This document shows, piece by piece, positions 17,401-24,822 of a DNA stretch of 56,389 nucleotides. Below the pieces are notes generated by a model. That model did no database searches. It saw only the letters and a list, made by a program, of their open reading frames with translations, and was not told the DNA's origin. The position numbers and the translations under genes were made by a program. This DNA is from Clostridiales bacterium (GTDB lineage: Bacteria > Bacillota > Clostridia > Lachnospirales > Lachnospiraceae): positions 1 through 56,389 of the forward strand of contig JAQXLK010000156.1 in assembly GCA_029012085.1 (NCBI GenBank), in the 5' to 3' direction. The first letter of the stretch is position 1; the number at the start of each line of letters is the position of its first letter.

Positions 17401-18907
17401 GTACGGTTTTATTGTTACCTGTATGAGTCACAGTTTTTCCTTCTGTTGCTGGAAACTGATATGCTAATGTAAGAGTTCCATCTTCATTCTTTGTTACAGT
17501 AGCAGATTGTCCATTCACAGTTCCTGTAACAGTACCGGCAAATTCATAACTTGTCGGGTCGTTAACTTTCACCTTTACTTTAACATTATATGGTTTATTA
17601 TAATCTGCATTCGGAGTGGTTACCACCGCATCACCATCATAATACTTCACTTCTACAACCGATACTTGCGCCTGACTTACACTCGCTTCTGTATCGAAAG
17701 CCACACCACCCTGCGGAGCAGTGATGTCTGTAACATCTACTTTTGATATGATGTCACGTGGAGCTGGAATATCCGCCTGGACTTCAACATCACTTACAGT
17801 TGTCGGATCAATATCGCTGTTGCCCTCTGTTTTATCTCCATACTCTACAAAATATCCGACTGCTCCATATGTATCCCGATATTGGGGTTCAGTCTGATTT
17901 TGGTATGAAATATCATTCCATGAATAAGCAAGTGAAGAACCCGTTCCTGCACCTTGACCAATTGTCAATGTAGTCAGACATTCTTCAGAATGTCCGCCAT
18001 AAGTTACTGTATTATTTGGTTCCTTTGTATTATCCTCATTACTCAAATTCCAGTTATTGTACTTATCATTAGCGCCATTACTCTCATCATACTTTGCTGT
18101 ATTATAGAATACCGTTCCTGCTTCCGGTCCACATGCCCAATACCATTCTTTGGCTGCGCTCAAATTCTGTCGCGATTCATCCGTAATGTTAAATTTGTCT
18201 GACTTTGCAGTAGAAGCCTTTAAATCTCCTTTAGCACTGCAATAAGTCTCCATACGGGTTCCACCGAGCCACCCAACCACATTCGCAGTATGATAAATAA
18301 ACAAATCTTCTTCCTTAGAAGTTACCGTCGCCAGATAACCCTGACGTCCCATAAACGTCTTCTCTTTTGCCCAATCATAAGCTTGTGTCCATGTTCTGTC
18401 ATCTGAGCTGCCATATGGTACATACTGATAATAATGCTTGTTTTCCTCCCAGTAAAAAGTACGATATTTTACATTTTCCTCAAATAACATGATACTGACT
18501 CTCTGACCCAAAGCACCGCCATTAAATTTAACCTTACTAAGATAAGTCTCAGCAATCTCCTTCGCAGTCTTACCAGTTGTCAGATTAATAACTTCTGACT
18601 TATTGGCAGTACTGAGTGAAGTCTCATATGTATATCCGGTTACGTCTGGAAGTGTGATTGTACCTCCGTTATCTGTTGTATAGGAAATAACGATTCCTTT
18701 ATAAGGTTTACTGTCATTTCCGGTTGCGTTTGCAAACGAACCACTTTCTCTTGATTCCCTGAAAAAACTTCCCAAATCCAAACTTCCCTTGTCTGTTGAA
18801 GCAGCAGAGACCGTCAAAGTCCCAACGTCCGTTAAGCCCAAGACAAGCACCGCAGCCAAAAACAACGACACGAGACGCTTCGCTTTCTTGTTCCATACTT
18901 GTTTCAT
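14429..18907 (-). CDS. Giant secreted surface protein: C-type-lectin-like domain, many YDG-type (MBG-like) Ig-fold repeats, Fn3-like and Big_2 C-terminal domains
   Basis: Signal peptide (LVSLFLAAVLVLGL...VSAAS). The CTLD-like pattern is WTQAYDWA...GYLATVTSKEEDLFIY...VGWLGG...WYWACG...YNNW...EPNN...EECL...YSWNDISY (about 17887-18457). There are repeated SKDYDGQPVG...AGEY modules. The C-terminus has GADGYRVYVQY (Fn3-like) and ATDNKKVATVSKKGVIKAVGKGSCIIYV (Big_2). No LPXTG motif is visible. Confidence 0.85.
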   Translation of the reverse strand: MKQVWNKKAKRLVSLFLAAVLVLGLTDVGTLTVSAASTDKGSLDLGSFFRESRESGSFANATGNDSKPYKGIVISYTTDNGGTITLPDVTGYTYETSLSTANKSEVINLTTGKTAKEIAETYLSKVKFNGGALGQRVSIMLFEENVKYRTFYWEENKHYYQYVPYGSSDDRTWTQAYDWAKEKTFMGRQGYLATVTSKEEDLFIYHTANVVGWLGGTRMETYCSAKGDLKASTAKSDKFNITDESRQNLSAAKEWYWACGPEAGTVFYNTAKYDESNGANDKYNNWNLSNEDNTKEPNNTVTYGGHSEECLTTLTIGQGAGTGSSLAYSWNDISYQNQTEPQYRDTYGAVGYFVEYGDKTEGNSDIDPTTVSDVEVQADIPAPRDIISKVDVTDITAPQGGVAFDTEASVSQAQVSVVEVKYYDGDAVVTTPNADYNKPYNVKVKVKVNDPTSYEFAGTVTGTVNGQSATVTKNEDGTLTLAYQFPATEGKTVTHTGNNKTVRYDGNTIDITSLFTLDGNAGVASYSIIQKTGEGTIGTGNKLTVTSVGEFVIKVSTEALGDYKKGEATAKLTVEKGNGTGVVEAPDSRFGTAYNVEYSSRTNGTENVSLVYYDASGNELRGKPTAVGSYKVTATFPETDLYNAYVASDNFEIYPADDTGLRITNAPSKDYDGQPVGNPTYTGEPQGATPIAEYKKKGDPDSSYTEQPPKDAGEYQVRVRILDEQAGGTSQTSEPVDFTIRPKQVTATITVPNKSYDGTKNAEVTAWVPTGIEGEELNITGVTGTFENPNAGTNKPVTIDKTNAEVTGKSGTNPANYEVMYPDNVTATIEKAQVTVKAKDVTLTKGDAVPTTYEYTVEGKPENGAELQGISCSCSATQNSEAGEYDIIVTANKNVNPNYQITVQNGKLKITNGAAIVITGDLSKDYDGQPVGTPTYTGEPQGTTPIAEYKKKGDPDSSYTEQAPKDAGEYEVRVRIPAGQEGEADKTSAPVEFTIRPKQVTVKAKDVTLKKGDTIPTTYEYTVEGKPESGEELQGISCSCSATQNSEAGEYDIIVTANENANPNYQITVQKGTLKITKGTDIVIPDDLSKDYDGDAVEKPVYQDIPDNATLTIEYKKKEEPDSSYTTEAPKDAGEYIAYIKVSDDNGNILDSAKVPFTIYPAKITIKPDNATKHIGSADPKFTYSVTNGTKAKDDDLKGITFSREMGETAGTYKITATVDQSANPNYNITVEAGILTIEDHKKLQGEPVIENQVAPTETTDGSHDEVYYCVVDGCKGEISRTKVTDPAYKKQQEKNELAMNAGLKVSQTGSNINVQWGEVAGADGYRVYVQYCGKKFTSKSLNQVKSGKVTKITIKKVNGKKLDLKKNYKVYVVAYKVVNGKKVTLGKTIMAHIVGRKNFKQTNVKNITLKKKSYTLKVGKTAKVKAKTVLVDKKKKPLNNKHARELRFATDNKKVATVSKKGVIKAVGKGSCIIYVYARNGYTKEVKVTVE
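15677..16906 (-). repeat. Recently duplicated coding modules inside the giant surface protein gene
   Basis: Module A1 (16670-16906) matches A2 (15905-16141). Module B1 (16172-16411) matches B2 (15677-15913). By eye the copies are about 80-90 percent identical at the protein level. More diverged A3/B3 copies follow downstream. Confidence 0.85.
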
Positions 18908-18960
18908 ACTAAATTAACTCCTTTTTTACTTATACTTCTCCATCACTCTTACGTTACATT

Positions 18961-19045
18961 CCACCAAAACCACTATATCCTGTTACTGTTGCGGATATCA
19001 GACTCCGGCAAAATCACTTTGGTGAATGGGAAATGACCCATCCTT
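18961..19045 (-). other. Structured 5' leader upstream of the giant surface protein gene (candidate cis-regulatory RNA)
   Basis: On the minus-strand RNA, the closing helix caccaaa/tttggtg (19015-19026 with 18961-18970) encloses the hairpin atatcc-gcaacagtaaca-ggatat. An adjacent hairpin atggg-tcattt-cccat lies at about 19026-19045. Confidence 0.3.
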
Positions 19046-19130
19046 ACCGTTCCACCTCCTTATCAAGTCCTTTTTCCATATATATATCACTTTATTTTCT
19101 TTTTATCAAGGATAATCTTTTTATAATAAA

Positions 19131-19189
19131 AGGTAGGACTATAACCATATTGAATCATGTTAAATTCAAGAACAGATTTAGTCCTACCT
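19131..19189 (-). terminator. Possible terminator of the 19218..21836 gene (large-loop hairpin)
   Basis: aggtaggact (19131-19140) pairs with agtcctacct (19180-19189). On the minus strand it is followed by TTTATTAT. The loop is unusually long (39 nt). Confidence 0.4.
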
Positions 19190-19217
19190 AATTGTACCCA
19201 TATTTAGTTATAATTAT

Positions 19218-21836
19218 CTATTTTTTTATTTTTACTGACTTCTTACTGCTCCATTTGCCAAAGTATATACTGTTACCTATATGCTTGTAAGTTCTCACTC
19301 GCACATAATACTTTTGGTTTTTTTTCAATTTTGTAAGAGTAATAGAATTCTTGGTTGTCGTCTTTATTTTTGATGACTTAAAATTACTCTTTGTACTATA
19401 CTGAACTTGATAACCGTTACATCCTGAAAGACCACTCAATGTTAACTTTATTTTTTTTCCTTTAACATTTGCTGCACTTTTTATCTTCGCTTTTGTAGAT
19501 GCAACTTTTTTAATCTGATCCGTATTGTTAGATACTGTATTTCCTTGATTGTCAGAAGCAGTCTTTACCTGAATACTCACAGTTTTTACAACAGATGCAT
19601 TATAATTCTCTGTTTCCGGTACACTTACACTGATGACAGCAGTTCCCTCCTTTAATGGTGTTACCTGCCCTGCTTCATTCACAGTAACAACCTCCACTCC
19701 TTGTGTTACCACATATTGAATTACTCCATCGCTATTAGTTGAAATCCCCTCCAATGTAAATGTGGCTTCTCCAACTGTCTTTATATATGTAAGATAATTT
19801 GCATTTACGGAAACCACTGCATTTGCTTTTTTGATACTCCACGGTATTGTAACAACCTCCTCGGAGTAATCATCTTCCCACTTGCAATTATTTGTATCCA
19901 GTGAATAAGATGCTACATAATTTCCAGCCTTCACCTGTGTATCGTTTTCTGCAACCAGATATTGGAAATCACCAGAACTCAATATTACCTGCTTTACTGA
20001 CCCATCATATATAAATTCACTTTGTTTTACTACCGGAACTGGTATTTCCCGTTTTTGAATAGTAAATTCCGCAGTCTGCGCACCGACACTAACATCCTCC
20101 ACCGGAATTAGCGTCACAGATGCTGTACCTGCAGAAACATTATTACTATATGCCACTATATAATCTTTATTTTCTTTCAAGACTTTCCCATTATAAGTTA
20201 CTGAAAGTTCAGGCACAATTGCCTTTCCGTTATATATCTGGTCATCGATTGGCATAATCTCTGCTTTTGACAAATCTAGAGTTTCTTCATAGTGAATAGT
20301 AAGGTTTGCTGTTGAATTTGAACCATAATAGTTACCTGTATACTTTATAATATAGTTTCCTGATGTTAATCGCACCGTTTCTGTTGATAAACTACTGACT
20401 TTCCAACCAAAGACACTCGCTTTTATCATCTCTATTTCATTTTCATCTTCATCTATTTCATATAACGTAATTTCATCATTCTCTGCTAAACTTGTATCTC
20501 CATCCGAAGGTCTCAATTCCAGCACCACTTCTCCTTGCTTCGGTATAGAGAAAAGATAGCGCCCCTCCTTTTTGCTAATCAGAGTTGTGCTGTTTACCGC
20601 AAGAGGAATCCCAGCTTCTCCTTCTACATCCTTCGGTACATCTGGCACTGTTATCTCCTCTTCCACTATTGTCTGTTCTACCATAATTATATAATCATTC
20701 TTATCCTCTGGATTTCCATTGTTATTCTTAACACATAAAATATATATACCACTTGGTACTTTTACTTCATTCCCCTTACTTACTCTGTTGCCAGAAGTGT
20801 TAAATCTATCATACATCATCAGTGTTCCATCTTCAGTTTTACGATACAGTGTCAGATTATATAATCCATTCGTAACATTATCATTCTCCTGTTTTACATT
20901 AATCAGAAGCTTAGACGCTTCTTCCAAAGAAAAGGAAAAATAATCCTTATCATCATTTGTAGAAATATTTGCTTTATATTCCCTATTTGTTTCTATTTCA
21001 TTCGCAGTGTCAACCGTATTATTATATTCAATCTCACTGTCTACACTACTTTCTGCCACATAGGTTGTTCCAATTTTATAATCGTTTGAACTGTACCCCG
21101 TACCTTTTGAAATCTTAATATAATAAGTTCCTTTCGGTAGACGGTACCTGGTAAATTTTGAATTTTTATTCGTTGTATTCTCCCATGAAGAAATCAGTTT
21201 TCTATTCAAATTCTCATCCTCCACGTATAATGAAGTCTTCCAACAGTCACTAGTTCCAATATTCCGCAGATTCAAATAAAAACTCCCCGCCTGTTTCAAT
21301 TGAATCTTATAGATATCAATATCATCGACGGATTGCAAATTTCCTTTATATTCCTTATTTAACTCTATATAATTAGCCGTACTCCATTCATTATTTTTCT
21401 CGCTTTCAAACTCTCCAGCATTCTCTTCTTCATATTGGATAGTAAGGTTAGCAGTCGCACCAGCCCCACCTGTATACTTTATGATATATTTTCCCGGCGA
21501 TAACCGCACTGGCGTTGTTGACAAACTATAGGCACCATTATTATTAGGCCATGCACTTATTATTTTTACTTCATTTTCATCTTCATCTATTTCATATAAT
21601 GTAATTGCCTCATAACCGCCTATCATTGTATTTCCATCCGAAGGTGTTAATTCCAGCACCACTTTTCCCTGTCTCTCAAGAGTAAACTGATAGTCTTTCT
21701 GCGCTGTTGTTACTTGTATTGGCATATTAACTGCAATATCCTGTATTGCTGCTTTTGCAGTATCAGAAACAAATATTACTGTCAACAATACCACCAAGCC
21801 AAATAAATACATTCTCAAATTTGTTAATTTTCTCAT
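19218..21836 (-). CDS. Large secreted surface protein: duplicated N-terminal beta modules, two PPC (pre-peptidase C-terminal)-like domains, YDG/MBG-like repeats, Big_2-like and basic Fn3-like C-terminus
   Basis: The start is moved to the ATG at 21836 (MRKLTNLRMYLFGLVVLL signal peptide, GGAGG RBS 9 nt upstream). PPC-like segments are ESEKNNEWSTANYIELNKEYKGNLQSVDDIDIYKIQL and EIEYNNTVDTANEIETNREYKANISTNDDKDYFSFSL. The C-terminus is SGCNGYQVQYSTKSNFK...KYYVRVRTYK. Confidence 0.85.
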   Translation of the reverse strand: MRKLTNLRMYLFGLVVLLTVIFVSDTAKAAIQDIAVNMPIQVTTAQKDYQFTLERQGKVVLELTPSDGNTMIGGYEAITLYEIDEDENEVKIISAWPNNNGAYSLSTTPVRLSPGKYIIKYTGGAGATANLTIQYEEENAGEFESEKNNEWSTANYIELNKEYKGNLQSVDDIDIYKIQLKQAGSFYLNLRNIGTSDCWKTSLYVEDENLNRKLISSWENTTNKNSKFTRYRLPKGTYYIKISKGTGYSSNDYKIGTTYVAESSVDSEIEYNNTVDTANEIETNREYKANISTNDDKDYFSFSLEEASKLLINVKQENDNVTNGLYNLTLYRKTEDGTLMMYDRFNTSGNRVSKGNEVKVPSGIYILCVKNNNGNPEDKNDYIIMVEQTIVEEEITVPDVPKDVEGEAGIPLAVNSTTLISKKEGRYLFSIPKQGEVVLELRPSDGDTSLAENDEITLYEIDEDENEIEMIKASVFGWKVSSLSTETVRLTSGNYIIKYTGNYYGSNSTANLTIHYEETLDLSKAEIMPIDDQIYNGKAIVPELSVTYNGKVLKENKDYIVAYSNNVSAGTASVTLIPVEDVSVGAQTAEFTIQKREIPVPVVKQSEFIYDGSVKQVILSSGDFQYLVAENDTQVKAGNYVASYSLDTNNCKWEDDYSEEVVTIPWSIKKANAVVSVNANYLTYIKTVGEATFTLEGISTNSDGVIQYVVTQGVEVVTVNEAGQVTPLKEGTAVISVSVPETENYNASVVKTVSIQVKTASDNQGNTVSNNTDQIKKVASTKAKIKSAANVKGKKIKLTLSGLSGCNGYQVQYSTKSNFKSSKIKTTTKNSITLTKLKKNQKYYVRVRTYKHIGNSIYFGKWSSKKSVKIKK

Positions 21837-22336
21837 ACATCTTATCCTCCTCTGTATCCTATATTCACACATGTTTTCAGAAAATCTCTCTTCATAATAA
21901 CCCGCTTAAACATGCATTCATTTTTTTCTATAAAACTAACTCACGATTCCCTCTCAAACATACAATCAGCACCATGCCCTCCACATCCATCTCACTCCTT
22001 TTCTCTTTTTACAACGTACATTCTTCATCTCTTCTTCTCCTCTCTGCTTCCCATTCCTCATTCATCCCGAAATCGAATATTTTCTAAAATCTTTAATTTA
22101 TTCTATCTGTAACCTCATACTCCCCTCCATTCCCGCATTTATGAGCATATATACCTAATATTTTTATTCCGACTTGATATACTAATCCTTAAACTTTGCT
22201 CTATAGTAAAATTATATCATTATCATCCTTTAAAGTAAACCTTATTGATACTATTTTTGATATTAAGTAGACCTTTTAGGTTATTAATGCAATAATTCCT
22301 TTCTTTTATACTGTAACTAACAGGAGGTTTCTATCT

Positions 22337-22678
22337 ATGAACGAAGAACAAAACAAAGAAATAGGACTAAGAATTGCAGATTTACGCAGAGCTCATAAAA
22401 TGACACAGGAAAACCTTGCTGAAAAACTTGATGTTTCCACCAAACATATCAGCCATGTAGAACGAGGCTGTGCCAGTCTTTCCTTAAATGCCCTTATCGA
22501 AACATGTCGCATTTTTGACTGTACACTTGACTATATTATATTCGGAAGAGACGTTGATCCTGTATTATCTCTGTTACCTAAAACAATATGTGATATTCTG
22601 CACTCTGATAACTCCGATGATATCTCTATGTTGATTAGATATTTACAAATTTATTCTGAACTTTATAATAATAAGTAA
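22337..22678 (+). CDS. XRE-family helix-turn-helix transcriptional regulator
   Basis: The HTH_3 pattern is IGLRIADLRRAHKMTQENLAEKLDVSTKHISHVERG. An AGGAGG RBS is present. The gene is divergent from the surface protein gene. Confidence 0.85.
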   Translation: MNEEQNKEIGLRIADLRRAHKMTQENLAEKLDVSTKHISHVERGCASLSLNALIETCRIFDCTLDYIIFGRDVDPVLSLLPKTICDILHSDNSDDISMLIRYLQIYSELYNNK

Positions 22679-22899
22679 ACGAATTAAGCCAACTATGCTA
22701 AAAAACTGATTTTGGACTCTGAGTATCTCTCCTATACACTTCGAATCCACTATCTTCATCATAACCTCCATACATTCCCATTTTGTATAATTCATCAATG
22801 TATTCATAAATTTAGTCTTCCGGCTAATATAACGAAGTTCTTTCAAAATTAAGCTGTTTTATACGCAGCAAAACAAGAGAAAAAGTTCTAAAATATACT

Positions 22900-22947
22900 A
22901 AAAGGCTACCGCCCCATGATTAATAATCATGAAAGCGGCAGCCTTTT
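22900..22947 (-). terminator. Intrinsic terminator downstream of the SulP gene (possibly bidirectional)
   Basis: aaaaggctaccgc (22900-22912) pairs with gcggcagcctttt (22935-22947). The single mismatch becomes a G-U pair only in the minus-strand RNA. Runs of T follow on both strands. Confidence 0.7.
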
Positions 22948-22974
22948 AAAAAATATATCCACACAAAAACTTCC

Positions 22975-24642
22975 TTACTCTTGGAGCTTTGCCGCACGCT
23001 CCAACGCATCATCAATATGAACACAAATATTTTCTTCCTTAATCTTCTCGTATAATCCAGACTTGCGAAGAACACGCTCCGGCTGTTCATTTACATGGGA
23101 TAACACAAGGGTAATTCCACGTTTTTCACACTTCTCATAGAGCTGCTCAATGGAATGTACTGCGGTGGCATCAATGGCATTTACACTACGCATACGAAGA
23201 ATTAAGCAGTTCTGCTTCTTGTCAATAGAAATAGCAAGCAGTTTGTCTGCTGCTCCGAAAAACAACGGACCACTAATTTCATATACCAATGTATTGTCCG
23301 GTACTACTTTAAGGTCAATGGCATCTGGATCATCTTCATCCTCAATGTACTTCCAGCTTTCCACATTTGTTACATCGCTCATACGCTTCATAAACAAAAT
23401 GCATGCTAAAACCATACCAAATTCAATTGCAACAACTAAATCAAATACAACAGTCAGAACAAATGTCAGTACCATAACTGTAATATCACTCTTTGGAGAA
23501 GTCTTTACCACATGGACGCAGGTTCTCCAGCCACTCATATTATAGGCTACCATAAAAAGGATTGCTGCAATAGTTGGCATCGGAATCAGCGCCGCATACG
23601 GCATAAGCAGCACAAGCACTAAAACAAGCACAATGGCATGTACCATTCCTGCAACCGGCGTACGCCCACCATTTTTAATGTTTGCAGCAGTTCTTGCAAT
23701 GGCTCCCGTTGCCGGAATACCGCCAAACAAAGCAGAACCGATATTACCAATTCCCTGTGCCACAAGCTCCATATTCGAATTATGCTTGGAATGTATAATA
23801 CTATCTGCAACTACGCAGGAAAGCAGCGATTCAATGGCTGCCAGCACTGCGATTGTGGCGGCATCCGGTAAAACAGCCCGAATGGCTCCTAACGAAATTG
23901 CCGGTAACGTAAGACTTGGAAGCTTATTACTGATAGTATATAAATCTCCAATTGTATTTACTTCCATTTCCAAGCCACTTACCATAGCAATACCAACAAT
24001 GACTGCAATCAACGAACCAGGAATTACCTTGTTAATATATGGCCAGATAATCAATACCACCAGACATACAGCACCTACGATGAGTGCCTGTACATTTAGG
24101 GTACCAAAATTAGCTGATATAGCCTCAAGCTTCTCTATGGTTTCCACAGGAGCTTCCCCATTCAGGTAGGTAATACCAAAGAAGTCCTTTAACTGACCAA
24201 TCAAAATTGTCACCGCAATACCTGCTGTAAATCCGGTAGTTATCGTATATGGAATAAACCGAATCAAATTCCCCAAACGGAAAATTCCCATCAAAATCAA
24301 AAAGATACCGGCTAAAATGGTGGCAAGTACCAGACCTTCCATTCCCTGCTTTGCCACAATACCTGCAACAATCGTTGCAAATGCAGCAGTAGGACCTGCA
24401 ATCTGTACCCGGCTTCCACCAAACAGAGAAATCAAAAAACCTGCAATAATTGCAGTATAAATACCCTGTTCTGGACCCACACCGGAGGCTAGTGCCAACG
24501 CAATCGATAACGGTAATGCAATGATTGCAACAATAATACCGGCAACCACATCTTTCGCAAACTGTTTTGCTGTGTACTCCTTCATTGTCTTGCAGATTTT
24601 CGGCTGCAATTTTTCTTTCTTTTGTTCCATTTCCTTTTCCAT
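22975..24642 (-). CDS. SulP-family inorganic anion transporter with C-terminal STAS domain
   Basis: 555 aa with about 11 hydrophobic segments and the typical SulP motifs (AIIALPLSIALALASG, GIGNIGSALFGGIPATGAIARTAANI). The STAS-like C-terminus is LILRMRSVNAIDATAVHSIEQL. Confidence 0.92.
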   Translation of the reverse strand: MEKEMEQKKEKLQPKICKTMKEYTAKQFAKDVVAGIIVAIIALPLSIALALASGVGPEQGIYTAIIAGFLISLFGGSRVQIAGPTAAFATIVAGIVAKQGMEGLVLATILAGIFLILMGIFRLGNLIRFIPYTITTGFTAGIAVTILIGQLKDFFGITYLNGEAPVETIEKLEAISANFGTLNVQALIVGAVCLVVLIIWPYINKVIPGSLIAVIVGIAMVSGLEMEVNTIGDLYTISNKLPSLTLPAISLGAIRAVLPDAATIAVLAAIESLLSCVVADSIIHSKHNSNMELVAQGIGNIGSALFGGIPATGAIARTAANIKNGGRTPVAGMVHAIVLVLVLVLLMPYAALIPMPTIAAILFMVAYNMSGWRTCVHVVKTSPKSDITVMVLTFVLTVVFDLVVAIEFGMVLACILFMKRMSDVTNVESWKYIEDEDDPDAIDLKVVPDNTLVYEISGPLFFGAADKLLAISIDKKQNCLILRMRSVNAIDATAVHSIEQLYEKCEKRGITLVLSHVNEQPERVLRKSGLYEKIKEENICVHIDDALERAAKLQE

Positions 24643-24822
24643 CCCTCTTATTATAATCTATAACAACCTTGTAATTGTATTCCACCGTCATATGTTTGTC
24701 AATGAAAAACCATAATAATCCCCAATTATATCTTGTCACAAACCGCAATGCTTGTTACAATAGGACTAGCGTGATGTGTCAGCGACACCCACATAACAAT
24801 TTATAAAAAAGAGGAGAATAAA

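Noticed and set aside
15386-18202. A series of plus-strand ORFs (for example 15698..16141 and 16196..16645) with mutually similar translations.
   Set aside because: They are antisense shadows of the duplicated modules inside the giant surface protein gene. Their similarity only reflects the sense-strand repeats.
22643-22846. 67-aa minus-strand ORF convergent with, and overlapping, the 3' end of the XRE gene. I considered it as a possible small toxin partner.
   Set aside because: There is no RBS, no hydrophobic or toxin-like pattern, and it overlaps the regulator coding sequence. I cannot support it from sequence alone.
23633-24748. ORFs 23633..24169 (+, 178 aa) and 24125..24748 (-, 207 aa), which overlap the SulP gene.
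   Set aside because: One is antisense and the other is an alternative frame of a well-supported 555-aa transporter gene. The 207-aa frame is Cys/Arg/Tyr-rich nonsense typical of an off-frame translation.
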